Below are positions 10,801 through 22,606 of a DNA stretch of 64,000 nucleotides, in pieces. Each line of letters opens with the position of its first letter. Position 1 is the first letter of the stretch. The notes under the pieces are model-generated. The model ran no database searches. It worked only from the letters and a program-made list of their open reading frames with translations, and had not been told where the DNA came from. The translations under genes and the position numbers were made by a program. Location: positions 39,494,001-39,558,000 of the forward strand of contig NW_027362767.1 of the NCBI RefSeq assembly GCF_046119375.1, given 5' to 3'. The DNA is from Phyllobates terribilis. Taxonomy: Eukaryota.

Positions 10801-13715
10801 CTCTGCAGTATCAGAGGGGCGCAGTGGGTAATGAAACGATCTGGGTCACCATAGTGAGCTGTTTTCTCCCAATTCCAGCCAGCTTCAGTGCCCCCTGCGC
10901 TCCTCCGATGCGGACTCATGTAGTGCAGTGCTTACAAGCTCTATTAGATAGATCTTGTAAGCACTGCCCATGTTCAGCGGTGGACGGGCTTCCAAGCCCT
11001 TACAAGCACTGACCAACAACTCTTTAACCTTCTTTGTGCTGCCATGAATCCATATTGTCAGTGATCACAGGGACTGTGCCGGTGAGAATAAGGAGCCTCA
11101 AGCACCTTTGATGTATTTCTGCAACAGGCTGGGTTAATGCAAAGACGACTTACGATTTTCTCGGCTGATTTCCAACTTGCTTGATGGATTTTTCTTCGGT
11201 GTAGAAGAGCAGACATCTCTGCGTGGTCGATATGAGCAGAACTTTGTGGCTGTAATCCAGCTGGACTATAGAGGACAATTCCTCCAGTATAAGGCAGGAG
11301 TCACACGTGCCCTAAACAAAGAGGAAGAGTCAGCGACTGAAGCGACAGCACGAGGGCGAGGGTGGGCGATCAGGTCGCAGTCACCTTATCAAAATCCAAA
11401 TTGGACTGGATAATTTTCCCTCTCTCGTCTCCAGAAAATAATTTCATGCCATTAGGGCTCCAGGCCAGGGCCGTGATACTGCACTTGTGACCGCCGAGCA
11501 CATCGAACCTCCGCAACTGCAAGAACAGGAATATTAAAAGGCTCTGACTCATGGTTTACTTTGTTTTATGTTCCCTTCCTTTACAAGCGATGGTTGTAGT
11601 CATCATGGTGATCCGATGGGGGAGGCTGATAATGATCAGACCTGATGCATCTGATTTTATTACTTGCAAATACAGACCTGTTTGTTTCGTCCAGGGAGAG
11701 GAGACACGAGCTGGAAAATAGCCACCCTGCCGGAGACTGTGCCCACTGCGACCAGGTCATCGAAGCAGCTCAGGAGCTTAGCGACAGATATAGACTCGGT
11801 CTTCCCCTGGAACGAAAAAAAAAAAGCAAGAGCATGATCCAAATTCTGAAGAAACCTGGACACAGAATTAAAAGTACACCCATGTACAACATACAACAAT
11901 GTGATCACATGTGCGCAGGAGCTCCCTGCTCAGTGACCGGATGACCGCTCTCCATCACCTCCAAAATGACTGATGGTAGCTGCAGCTTCCTATCCCCATG
12001 TACAGTAGGAACGTCAGCTCTGGAGGCCACTGTGCAGACGAACGAAGCCGGAACATTCGAGAAGAAATGGACATTTTATTTAGGTGGAAAAGTGATTTAG
12101 TGGAAGCAGGGAGGACGCAGCAATTTAGGCCTGACTATTCCAGGATCGCTGGGATCTAGTCCAGCTCTTGGTAGTGGAAATTAACTGGGTGATCTACGTC
12201 CAAGCAGCTCATAAAAAAGCTCTAATGATCGCAGCTATTGCTGAGCCCTAAGTGCTTGGTTTTAATAATGCAGCAAGACAACTGAGGCTTTATCCCATTT
12301 AGGATGCAGCCACATTTCGTTTTTTTAACTCCCCTTCTCCCAAGAGACAGAACTTGATTTTTCCGCTGACGTCGCAGTATGAGGATTTGGTTTTTTTGGC
12401 GATACCTTTAAAATATAATACCGAACGTGGAAAAAAAGTAAACAAAAGCAATTCCACCAATGCTTTATGGGCTTCATTTTCACAGCATTTGCCGTGTTGT
12501 AAAGATGACCTTCCACCACGATTGCCCCCGTCAATACGACTACTGCGATGCCAAACTTATGTTTTGTTTTTATCATTTTAATGGATTAAAAAAGTTCAGA
12601 AAAAGTCTTAGCGGACATTTCCTGATATCTGTAAATTTTTATCTATCAATCGAGGCTTGTTTTTTTGTGTGCCGAGTTTTCATTTTAATTGGCACTATTT
12701 TGGGGTACAAAATATTTTCATTGCATTATTTTTTTGGGTGGTGTGTGGGGCAATAATAGAAATTTTGATGTAAGATTATTTTTTACTTTACTGTATAGTT
12801 TAAATCAGGGTTGTGGAGTCAGTAAGCCAAACCATACATGGCTCACGTTTAAGTGATAAATTTACTGTAGCACAGATTCATCTCAGCTAAAAGTCCAGAC
12901 CCTTAGATCAGGAATAGGAGATTTCATAACTTTCCAAAATTCTTATGAAAAAATATTCCCCACAAACTGCATTGAACTACTGTACCCAATGTATTATATA
13001 TTTTAGGAGTTGGAGTCGGTCCATTTTATACCGACTCCACGACACCGACTCCACAGCCCTGGTTTAAATAATTTTATAATTTCATAGATCTGACAAACGA
13101 ACGCAAGAATAAAAAATAAAAGAAGCATATTTGTTAGTTTTTAAGAGGGATGACTCAACCATTTATATTTTATAAAGCAGCTTTTTTTCATTTTTCTTTT
13201 TTGGCCCAGTAATTTAGTATTTGGCAGTAATTTATCTAATAATGAGCCAAGCCTGTGGCTGGACTTCACAGGAGCAAAATAAGATGGTGGTGAAAATGGA
13301 CCTTCATCAGAACCCCCGGATATCAGGGAAACCCATCCGCATTGCATGGGGCCATGGGCGCCTGACTGAGGGCCCAACTGGAAGCGTGCTGCAAAAATGC
13401 CACCATCAGACGGATTTCAGTAGTTACAAAGCAGCAATCAGCGCTAGTCCCAGTCGCTGCTGTTAGCGGCAGGTGGTTAATCCACGGACGACTTACTTCT
13501 AAGTTGTACTTCTTCATCCGATTGGTGTGCCGGCAGTGCAGATATAACATCCCGATGCTGCTGCCGATAGCAATGTAGTCGCCATTGACATCGATAGCCG
13601 TGAGATAGACGATGAGGGATCGGAAACCCTTCTGGATTTTAGCCGGGATAGCATTGAGAATGGAGTACAAGGGGCAGAACTCCTTAAACGTGACAGATCC
13701 CGGGAGAGCGGCCAT
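1880..13715 (-). CDS. TECPR2: TECPR2 (tectonin beta-propeller repeat-containing protein 2), N-terminal coding exons; gene continues past the left edge
   Basis: Exons with GT/AG ends and compatible phases: 13497-13715 (MAALPGSVTFKEFCPLYSILNAIPAKIQKGFRS...), 11678-11806 (GKTESISVAKLLSCFDDLVAVG...), 11385-11516 (LRRFDVLGGHKCSITALAWSPNG...), 11154-11311 (GTCDSCLILEELSSIVQLDYSHK...), 2113-2425 (NGRYGACFIPSLCKQSDLTLFASRPG...), 1880-2009 (AVVGGLESAGDIVSVSC...). The peptides match my recall of the vertebrate TECPR2 WD-repeat N-terminus. Confidence 0.95.
4244..9774 (-). mobile_element. DIRS1-like tyrosine-recombinase retrotransposon (decayed)
   Basis: gag-like ORFs at about 9044-7841 (CxxC start), RT with YLDD at 7228-7239, RNase H (TTDASHSGWG), methyltransferase-like segment (FASREN...YAFPP) and YR (RAHSTR, TFSRHY at 5104-4595). 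Inverted terminal repeats at about 4274-4390 and 9660-9770; internal complementary region 4491-4575. Confidence 0.92.
5241..5609. mobile_element. Palindromic TTAA-target MITE (T2-like) inserted in the DIRS recombinase region
   Basis: TTAA at 5237-5240 and 5610-5613. Termini AGGGATATTCCC...GGGAATACCCCT. The two arms are reverse complements over most of the length. Confidence 0.88.
12806..13061. mobile_element. hAT-type MITE (256 bp)
   Basis: TIRs CAGGGTTGTGGAGTC and GACTCCACAGCCCTG. Exact 8-bp TSD GTTTAAAT (12798-12805, 13062-13069). Confidence 0.9.
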
Positions 13716-15524
13716 GGCGTTCTGTCTCACATGTGGAAAGGTGCAGGTGGCTCAATCCATCATCATCATCATCAGGAGGGACCTGGAAATAAGAAGAAAG
13801 ATGCAAGTCAGCGCCGTTAATGGCAGCAGTAGGACGAATGATGGGACGAGAATCACACTCCTCACCTCTGCGGCCTCACACTCCTCACCTCTGCGGCAGA
13901 TGTTACTTGCAGACGGGGAGTTTATTTTGCACTTTCATTTCCTTTTTTAAAGATATTTTCGTCCCTGTACGTTTCTATTTGCTGGGTGTCAGGAGTATCA
14001 GATCCTCGGTGTCTTTTGATTTTCCGTACTGGGGATTTTTTTGCTTTCATTCAAGCAGAACAAGGGAAATTCTACTAAACTCAGACTGCGCTTTCCTACA
14101 GACGATAAAGGGGTCTCCGGCTACCACCTTACAAGGTCCGCGGATGCAGCACCGCGCTCGGCTTTCTCTGCCGGTTTCATAGACAATGAATGGCGCAGAG
14201 CATCTGCACTCCAATTAATGCAGAGCCACAATCTCAGGAATATTGGGGGTCCCGGTGGTTGGACCCCCAGAGATTAGTTACTTATCTCCTGTCCTATAAA
14301 ACCGGGATCACTTTTGACAGTGGAAATATCCCATTAATAGGCATTTGACTGCTGCAGCAAAGAAATCCCTGTTGATTGGTTGCAGCGGTCACCTAAAACC
14401 TCCCTCACTGGAAGAGGAAGCCAGAGATGGAGGTCTGACAGGCGGGTGTGTGAGAATGCAGCACTGGCCTTAATGGGTTAAATAATAAAAGCACAACATG
14501 ATCACCTACCAGACCCCCGACACTCCTAGTAACCGCTGCTGGTGCCTCTGGCTTGTCTCCTGGCTTCCTCCTCTGGTGGGTGGGGGGCCTTTGGTGACCA
14601 CTGCTGGGGTACAGCTGCCATCACCCCATGATGGATAAGGAAGATGGGAGACCGGCGAGCAGCGCAGGCAGAAGGAACAGCTTTTATTAGTAAAATTAAG
14701 AAAAAAAAAAAAGCCAGTACGGAAGATCGAATATTCAGCATGAAAGTACTGAACCCAACACAATGGACGTCTGTGCTAAAAAGAGGGGAGAAGACCCCCA
14801 GTCATGGACTATATAGGAGACCATTCATTACACCACAAAATTGCCTTTCAATTACAAACCTGCCCCCGGAACAATGGACAGAAGCCGTCAGACAGCGGCC
14901 TGCAACAAAGCGCCTATTCTCCGAGATGACAGAGCCGTGGCCACGGCACGGACCGGAGGGGACGGACACGGGGCACAGTGCACGGTTCTGGCTGATGATG
15001 GTCATTTATACAACATTATCTGCAGCTCTAATGTCTCTAATACTGTGACCAAGCAGAAGAAGCAGAGCCGCGGTGTAAAGAATGGGGGAAACGTCCTGCT
15101 ATTGAAATACATGGCATGTACAGGCTGCCCGTGAATAATAATGTGCGATACTATTCATCCCCCTGCGACTATTTCTGCACCAAGCAGCTTAAGATCAAGA
15201 GTGAAAGGCGACTATATCCAGCGGTGGGACACCCCCGGCCTCCTCAGCTCCAGGCCCTGCGGTGCTTCCATTTTATTAGACTACTGGCGGCATCATCTAT
15301 AAATCTGTCACTTACTGAGACTCCATTACACTAATGAAAGCCTCAATGACGGCACTGAACGTGGAGGGACGAGGAGACAAGGGAGCGACCGCAGGAGGGA
15401 AAGGCTCTAATCACAGATCCTCACTCCTGCCTGGAAGTCGCCCACACACCGGCCCCATCAGGACGTGACACCAGGGAGGGAGAAAGGGGAGCAGGAGCAT
15501 CCGTGCAGTTGGTCTGTATAAGCG

Positions 15525-16775
15525 CCTGGGGGGCCCACAGTCCGGGCTCGGTATAAGCGCTGGGAGGCTCACAGTCTGGGCTCGGTATAAGCGCTGGGGG
15601 GCTCACAGTCTGGGCTCGGTATAAGCGCTGGGGGGCCCACAGTGCAGGCTCCGTATAAGCGCTGGGGGGCTCACAGTCCGGGCTCCGTATAAGCACTGGG
15701 GGGCTCACAGTCCGGGCTCCGTATAAGCGCTGGGGGGCTCACAGTCCGGGCTCCGTATAAGCGCTGGGGGGCTCACAGTCCGGTCTCCGTATAAGCGCTG
15801 GGGGGCTCACAGTCCGGTCTCCGTATAAGCGCTGGGGGGCTCACAGTCCGGTCTCCGTATAAGCGCTGGGGGGCTCACAGTCCAGGCTCCATATAAGCGC
15901 TGGGGGGGCTCACAGTCCAGGCTCCATATAAGCGCTGGGGGGCTCACAGTCCAGGCTCCATATAAGCGCTGGGGGGCTCACAGTCCAGGCTCCATATAAG
16001 CGCTGGGGGGCTCACAGTCCGGGCTCCATATAAGCGCTGGGGGGCTCACAGTCCGGGCTCCATATAAGCGCTGGGGGGCTCACAGTCCGGGCTCCATATA
16101 AGCGCTGGGGGGCTCACAGTCCGGGCTCCATATAAGCGCTGGGGGGCTCACAGTCCGGTCTCCGTATAAGCGCTGGGGGGCTCACAGTCCGGTCTCCGTA
16201 TAAGCGCTGGGGGGCTCACAGTCCAGGCTCCATATAAGCGCTGGGGGGGCTCACAGTCCAGGCTCCATATAAGCGCTGGGGGGCTCACAGTCCAGGCTCC
16301 ATATAAGCGCTGGGGGGCTCACAGTCCAGGCTCCATATAAGCGCTGGGGGGCTCACAGTCCGGGCTCCATATAAGCGCTGGGGGGCTCACAGTCCGGGCT
16401 CCATATAAGCGCTGGGGGGCTCACAGTCCGGGCTCCATATAAGCGCTGGGGGGCTCACAGTCCGGGCTCCATATAAGCGCTGGGGGGCTCACAGTCCGGT
16501 CTCCGTATAAGCGCTGGGGGGCTCACAGTCCGGTCTCCGTATAAGCGCTGGGGGGCTCACAGTCCAGGCTCCATATAAGCGCTGGGGGGCTCACAGTCCA
16601 GGCTCCATATAAGCGCTGGGGGGCTCACAGTCCAGGCTCCATATAAGAGCTGGGGGGCTCACAGTCCGGTCTTCGTATAAGCGCTGGGGGGCTCACAGTC
16701 CGGGCTCCATATAAGCGCTGGGGGGCTCACAGTCCGGGCTCCATATAAGCGCTGGGGGGCTCACAGTCCGGGCTT
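15525..16775. repeat. 34-bp G-rich minisatellite, about 37 copies, in TECPR2 intron 1
   Basis: Unit CAGTCCGGGCTCC(A/G)TATAAGCGCTGGGGGGCTCA; period measured as 15674 to 15708. Confidence 0.95.
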
Positions 16776-16949
16776 CGGTCTGTTAAATTACACATCTCTT
16801 TTTTTTTTCTTTGTGTCTTCAGATTTTTCTTTTTTTGGGTGGAAGAACCCAGTCATACAGCATGGAAACTCCTTTTAAAAGCACAACACCCAGCACACCA
16901 TGCATCCATGCGCTCTGTGATATGTCTATGTATACACGGCACACACAGC

Positions 16950-17190
16950 AGACATGCGCAGTCCCCTCACCTGCTCCCGGTGCCTCTCCGGGTCTTCTCG
17001 GCTCCGCAACCCCTGACGCAGCTCAAGCACAGCCCCCAACTAGACACCAAAACACCGGAGCAGGCCGGCCAATCAGACACCTCTCCCCCGTGACGTCACA
17101 CCACTTCCGTTGTGTTGCGGATGTCGGAAGTGACTGTTACTATGGAGGGTCACGTGTCCTGTCCCTGACTCTGTCGCGCCGGCGGGATGG
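16950..17190. promoter_or_regulatory. Bidirectional CpG-rich promoter of TECPR2 and CINP
   Basis: Lies between the two divergent genes. Contains CCAAT (about 17069), a CRE TGACGTCA (about 17091), ETS-type CACTTCCG and CGGAAGTG (about 17102-17132) and an NRF1-like CATGCGCA (about 16953). Confidence 0.65.
16971..17050 (-). other. TECPR2: Candidate non-coding first exon of TECPR2 (upstream boundary approximate)
   Basis: Minus-strand donor GAGCAG|GTGAGG at 16971/16970 lies inside the CpG-rich region shared with CINP. The exon 2 acceptor TTTCCAG|G is at 13782. Confidence 0.5.
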
Positions 17191-19351
17191 GCAGTGAGTG
17201 ATTTTTTTCTTTAATATCTTTGGCCGTACTGTGATCTCAATGTAGACGGCGGGTGGAGCTGTGAGAACAAACCCAAAGAAAAAGATGCCCATAGCAACCA
17301 ATCAGGACGCAGCTTTCATTTTTCCCTAAGGAGAGCAGCAATCTGATTGGTTGGCTCTGCAGATTTTGCAGCATTTTCTTTTACGGCGATCGCTAGATTT
17401 ACACCAATTTTTGAACTGCAAGAACAAAGATTTTTACAACTTTTTTTCTTAGTGTTAGAAAATAACTCCACCTGAACCACAATCCTTATTAGAGGGGCTT
17501 TTTTTTATTCTTATGTCCCCATACTTAAATTCTTATTTTTTCACATTCAGGTAAAACCCCTAAAAAGATGGCGTTGACGGGCAGTGCCAGGAAGATCAAA
17601 GACAACGCCGCCGACTGGCACAACCTGATGCAGAGATGGGAGAGCGGCAATGACGCGGCTTTCAGCGCTGCCAACAAGATCATCAATCTCAAAATCAGCG
17701 CCCTGTAAGGGGTTAATCTACAAAGGTGTTTTACTATATGTGATGTCTTCCTTTTTGGAAGCAGCGGCCATCTTTACCAGCTGTGGAGCTTCTATGTAGG
17801 TCACAGAGTCACCCAGACCAGAAACGTGTAGATAAGTGATACCCCCACTAGAGGGCAGGCAGTACAATGCTGGAGATATAATAACACATTCATTCTGCGA
17901 GATATTAAAGGGACATTGCAAGGTAGCACGTTACAGCTATGTGCAGATATCTAATGGTGATGCCCCCCTTTAAGGCTCATTCATGAACAGTGAGACTTTT
18001 TTTCTTCTTCCTAGATCATATGAGAAGCTGATATTAGACGACGCGGCGTCCGCTCACGAGGGTCCGGATAAGGACAAAGAAGAACTGGAAAGATTGTGCT
18101 CAGAGTTACTGGACCTGATAGAGAAAATGGTCAGTCTCTTCCCACATGGATTTTTTTTTTTTTTTTATCAGTTTTGCATAACATTTTATATTTTTTTTAA
18201 AATGTTTTTATGTTGTAAAAGAGCCAAATTCAGCTGAAGATGGAGAAGCTGACGTCTACATTCAAAGGCGTGTGCGACCTGGAGGATTATCAGCACAGGG
18301 GCGAAAATCCGCGGCCGATACTTTTCCATACGTGGCCGACCACGCTGTTCTGTGAGTATTTTGTGTTCGGGACGTGCAGCTTTAACTCCTTCATGACCGG
18401 GACATTTTTTTCTTTTCTTCCAAGAGCCATAACTTTTTTTTTTCCATCCACATCACAAAATGAGGACTGGTTTATTTTTTTACCTTTGTAGTTTTTAATG
18501 ACTCCCATATTGAAAAATTCTCGAAAAAAATAGCATTAAGACGTTTGTTTTTATTTTTTTGTTGTCATTACACCGTTTCCATGAAGAATAACAAAACATT
18601 TGCGTTTTTTTTGTTGTTGTTGTTCTCTTAATTGCACCCTAGAAATGTCACAATTTACCCCTTTAACACCCCATTATAAAGGCAGGTGCAGACGACTAGT
18701 TTCGGTCCTAGTGCGATCAAAACAACTGATCGCACTCAGACCAATGGTATTGTATAGGGCAGTGCACGTCTGATTTTTTTTTTTCTTCTAGAGGGGGGTG
18801 GGATAAAAAAAAAAAAAAAAGAATTGCACCATTTGCCTCCGATAATTGGATGGTACTTGCCTATTCAGGTCTATAGGTCCATGGAAAACATGGGCCCGCA
18901 CTCTGCTGCGATCAGAGTGCGGTCCGATTTTCACGGACAGACTGAATTGAGAAACTTTTTATTTTTTTTCCACCACCTCTGAGAAAATTGGATCCCACTC
19001 TAATCAGTGTGATTAGCATTATCGGACCGATTTTCTCAGATGGAGAACACGGTTGTCTGCACCTGCCCTTACTGAGACATTTCTTTCTTACCGTTGCCAT
19101 CACACAACTTGCTGAGTAAACCCCTTTTACCGCTTTCTTGCCTTGCAGACGAGGCCTCCTTAAAGATGTCCGAAATGTATAAAAAGGAAGTCTCCCTGAA
19201 GAAGACGATTGTTGGAGAGATCGCACACACCGCAGATCAGGACTTGTTAATGGTGTATCTGTCCTGCTGGTTATATCAGCCCTACATCGACAGCGGTAGT
19301 AAAGTCCTACTCGAGAGCATGCTGCTGGAGACTGGGCACCGGACACTTTAA
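17187..19351 (+). CDS. CINP: CINP (CDK2-interacting protein), about 202 aa
   Basis: Exons 17551-17704 (ARKIKDNAADWHNL...), 18015-18129, 18222-18351 (MEKLTSTFKG...LFHTWPTTLF) and 19149-19351 (YLSCWLYQPYIDS...LESMLLETGHRTL*), all GT/AG and in phase. A 7-nt first coding exon is most likely ATGGGCA|GTGAGT at 17187-17193; the alternative is ATGGAGG|GT at 17142-17148. Confidence 0.93.
17909..17969. mobile_element. Possible 61-bp TTAA-flanked MITE remnant in a CINP intron
   Basis: TTAA AGGG...CCCT TTAA bracketing; the inverted repeat is only partial. Confidence 0.35.
18680..19068. mobile_element. MITE-like inverted-repeat element (possibly PIF/Harbinger) in the last CINP intron
   Basis: Terminal inverted repeats AGGCAGGTGCAGAC and GTCTGCACCTGCCC, flanked by TAA and TTA. 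Confidence 0.55.
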
Positions 19352-20571
19352 TGGGGACGTTCCCTTGTGGTCTTCACATGCAGTCTTCTCTTAGATAGTG
19401 GCACCAGGCATCCTCTCACATTGCATCTGATGATTGGTAATGGGATTGCAAATGCAACCACAAAAAATACTGGGATTTGGGGTCAAAAGGAGAAGAATTT
19501 TCCAACCTGCAAATTGCAAGAAACTTGAATGTGTCATTTCTTAAAAAAAAAAAAAAAGTGTGGAATTAGTTTGAGTTTTGCCTTAAAGGCAATATGAAAA
19601 AGGTATATGTACTTTGGGATAAAAAAAAATAGTTTTCAGATACTTGTGATTAAAGTTCTACCGTTTTCTGTATGCAGCTCCTATGCAGTCCTACGTGTCT
19701 CCATGATCATGGATCCTGCAGTTGAGTTATACTGCAGGCTGATGATAGGAAGAATGTGATCAGAGGCGGCAGAGATACACATGACTGTAGGATCAGACTA
19801 CAAACGGGGCTTGTTTGCAGACTGAAACCATAGCAACACATTAGTTCAGGAGCTGCATACAGAAAACGGTAGGAGAATTAAATTGAGCATAGGAATACTA
19901 ACTGGTTGACCAAGTATAAAAACCGCCAAGAAAATTTCTCCATCATTACGGCTGGTATATTGTAAAAAAAAATCAATTACCTATCCTATGGAATGGAGAA
20001 TGAACGGCCTTCACTGCGGGATTAACCCCTGAACAACCTGACAGAGTTTCTGACAACAGAACAGTTTACATTTTTTCATGATAAATACCCCTGAAGGTTG
20101 TTGGGTATAATGAGACGACGTACGGATGACACAGACTTCATTAATGAAAAACTTTTATTGAGCAGTAAAAGGCAATTACATGTCTTGTTCCTCCTACAAA
20201 TATTATACAGAAAGAGGTTATCCCTTTAAGGACATAAACCTATATATTTTATTTACACTGAAATGCTGATCAACTTTGCAAATATAACAGCAATGGAAGT
20301 GAATTATACAAGCTTATTTTCTCAGTCGTTACTTTTGTACCGAGTCCTTTTCCTCGCGCCCATTGAAGGTCAAGAGTAGAAAAGGTTTCTATTAAGAAAA
20401 GCAGAAATGCGCTGCTGGGGTTGGACCTCGCTTAAAACAGTCGTAGACTGGGGACCCTGCTGTACAAAAACTAAGAATAAACTATGGTCACATCCAAACC
20501 TTTCACTGAACTATGTGACCAAACAGCATCGGCCGGGTGGGGTTGTCACTGCGTAAGAACGCAGCCCTTAA

Positions 20572-20989
20572 AGGGTTATTCCGATCTTCTAGGGTCAGAT
20601 ACTGCTTGTAAATACAAGCAATTTTTCAATTTGCTGTTTGATAAAATTTTTAATCGTTCTTGAGATATTACCACTTAAGTTTACAGTATGTCGCCTTGGA
20701 AACCGACCACCACAGAACAGGCCCAACGCTTACAAGCCCCTTTCTATTACACTTCTACATCCAGTTTTTAAGCCTTCGTGGATCACTGACGTGGTGTTAG
20801 CTCCTAATTTCAGCAGTGCTTGCAAGCTTAGACAGCAGCAGTAGTCGGTTTCCTTGGCAACCAGCCGTAATTAAGCGAAAAGTGGTTATAGCTCAAGAAC
20901 AGCTGCAAATTTTAATAAGCAGTAAGTTACAAAAGTGCTTGTATTTAAAGGAACTGACAACATCCATCTATGAAGATGGAAATATCCCT
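20572..20989. mobile_element. TTAA-target MITE (T2-like)
   Basis: TTAA at 20568-20571 and 20990-20993. Termini AGGGTTATTCC...GGAAATATCCCT with imperfect palindromic arms. Confidence 0.75.
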
Positions 20990-22606
20990 TTAACCAGAGT
21001 TGGATCTGCTGCTGCTTTTACACTGTATGGGAACGGCTGCTCGCTAATGATCGTCCGCACCCCATAGAGTTTGATTACAGTTGGCAGCACAGCCCCTGAA
21101 TGTGCTGCCGACAGAGCAACAGTCAGCCGATACTGCCACGTTTCCCTGGCCACTTATCAAGAACGAGTTTGTTTTTTTTCTTTGCAAATCAGCCGATTAT
21201 CTCCCCTGTGTTAATGGCCTATTGCAGAGCCGCTTGGATAAAGGAAAACAGCAGAATTTAGAATGCAGCTCTTGCTGTGAGTCCAGAACTGAAACAAAAG
21301 TAACGACGGCAAATTAACAGTAAATTCACAAATAGTCTAGAAAAATTTTACGCAGACCTTGTTGCAAGATCGAACATAGACGACTACAGGAAATTAAAAT
21401 CTGATCGTCATCATCCAGGATTAGAAGAAAAAGAAAACTTCCTTCTTAACACACAGCGCCCCCCTCCGTCCGCAGGTTATGTGAGGTATTGCAGAACTTT
21501 CCATGAGCTGCAGTACTAGACACGACCTGTAGACAGGGGGGGGGGGGGAGGTGCAGTAATCCTGGACAAACCCTTTAACACATTTTATAATTCCTGACAT
21601 AGTGCAGGAGGTTAATAAACTCACTTACCTTGAGCTGCATCAAATATATGTGACTGCTGCCTGCGAATAAGATGCAATGTGGCACTCCTAACAAAACGAG
21701 GCAGCCCCTAATATTCACAGTGACGCCGTTCCTATCTCAGGAAGCTACAGAAAGGGGAGAAATCTGATTGTCTAACGCGACTACAACCCCATTGTGTTTT
21801 ATGGATAAAAATAATGCACGCTGCCATTTTTTTTTCTCCAATAGTCCAAATGGAGAAATCACTTGTGTGCCTTGCACATATGGATTAAAAATAAATTTTT
21901 CTGAACCATCCCTTAAAGGTGCTGTCACTCTAAAGGAACTTTTTTTTTTTATTTACTCAAATGCATTTATTTTAGACTTAAAATTTTTTTTACAATTGGG
22001 TTTCATTAAAAGTTTGGCACGGTACGCCTTGTTTTTGTTGCATTGTCGACTGCGGGTTACAAAATCGGCTAAGAATCCATCAGCGACCTCGTGGTTGGGA
22101 AAGTTTAAAGCTTCCCCCACCATACTGTATAGATGGGACCTATGTAATCCACTCCTCCCATACACAGAAGTGCCCCTTGTGTTCTCCGAGTCGCTACCAG
22201 ACATCTCGAACGGCGACTTATTGCAAAAAGGATCAAAATAAAGAGCCTGTAAAAAGGCCAAAACGCTGCAGCATTTTTTAGTAAAAAGAAAAAAATATAT
22301 ATATTTTAGCTCCAAAAACAGTAGATCCGTCTGGATTCTAAGGTTTGCCTTCACTGACAGCAAGCTGAGATATTGCAAATGGTGAGCAATTAAAAAAAAA
22401 AAAAAATCAAAAAGAAAGTCGGAGGACGCAGTCATAGGGTAATAGTGCAAATGTGAAAACTTTCTTCTCTGAAAACTGCTCCTTAGTGAAAAAATAACTC
22501 CTATAAAGATACAGATTCGATCTTAGAAGAATATACATAGGAGATTTCCTAAATTTATTACAAAAATCCACACGTCAAAAAAAAAAAAAAAGTCAGAAAA
22601 GTAGAT

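Noticed and set aside
13323-13730. HPS5 as the identity of the WD-repeat gene
   Set aside because: The peptides and the head-to-head arrangement with CINP fit the paralogue TECPR2 instead.
21917-22490. Possible TTAA MITE between CINP and ZNF839
   Set aside because: The left end looks right, but I could not identify a matching right TIR or TTAA.
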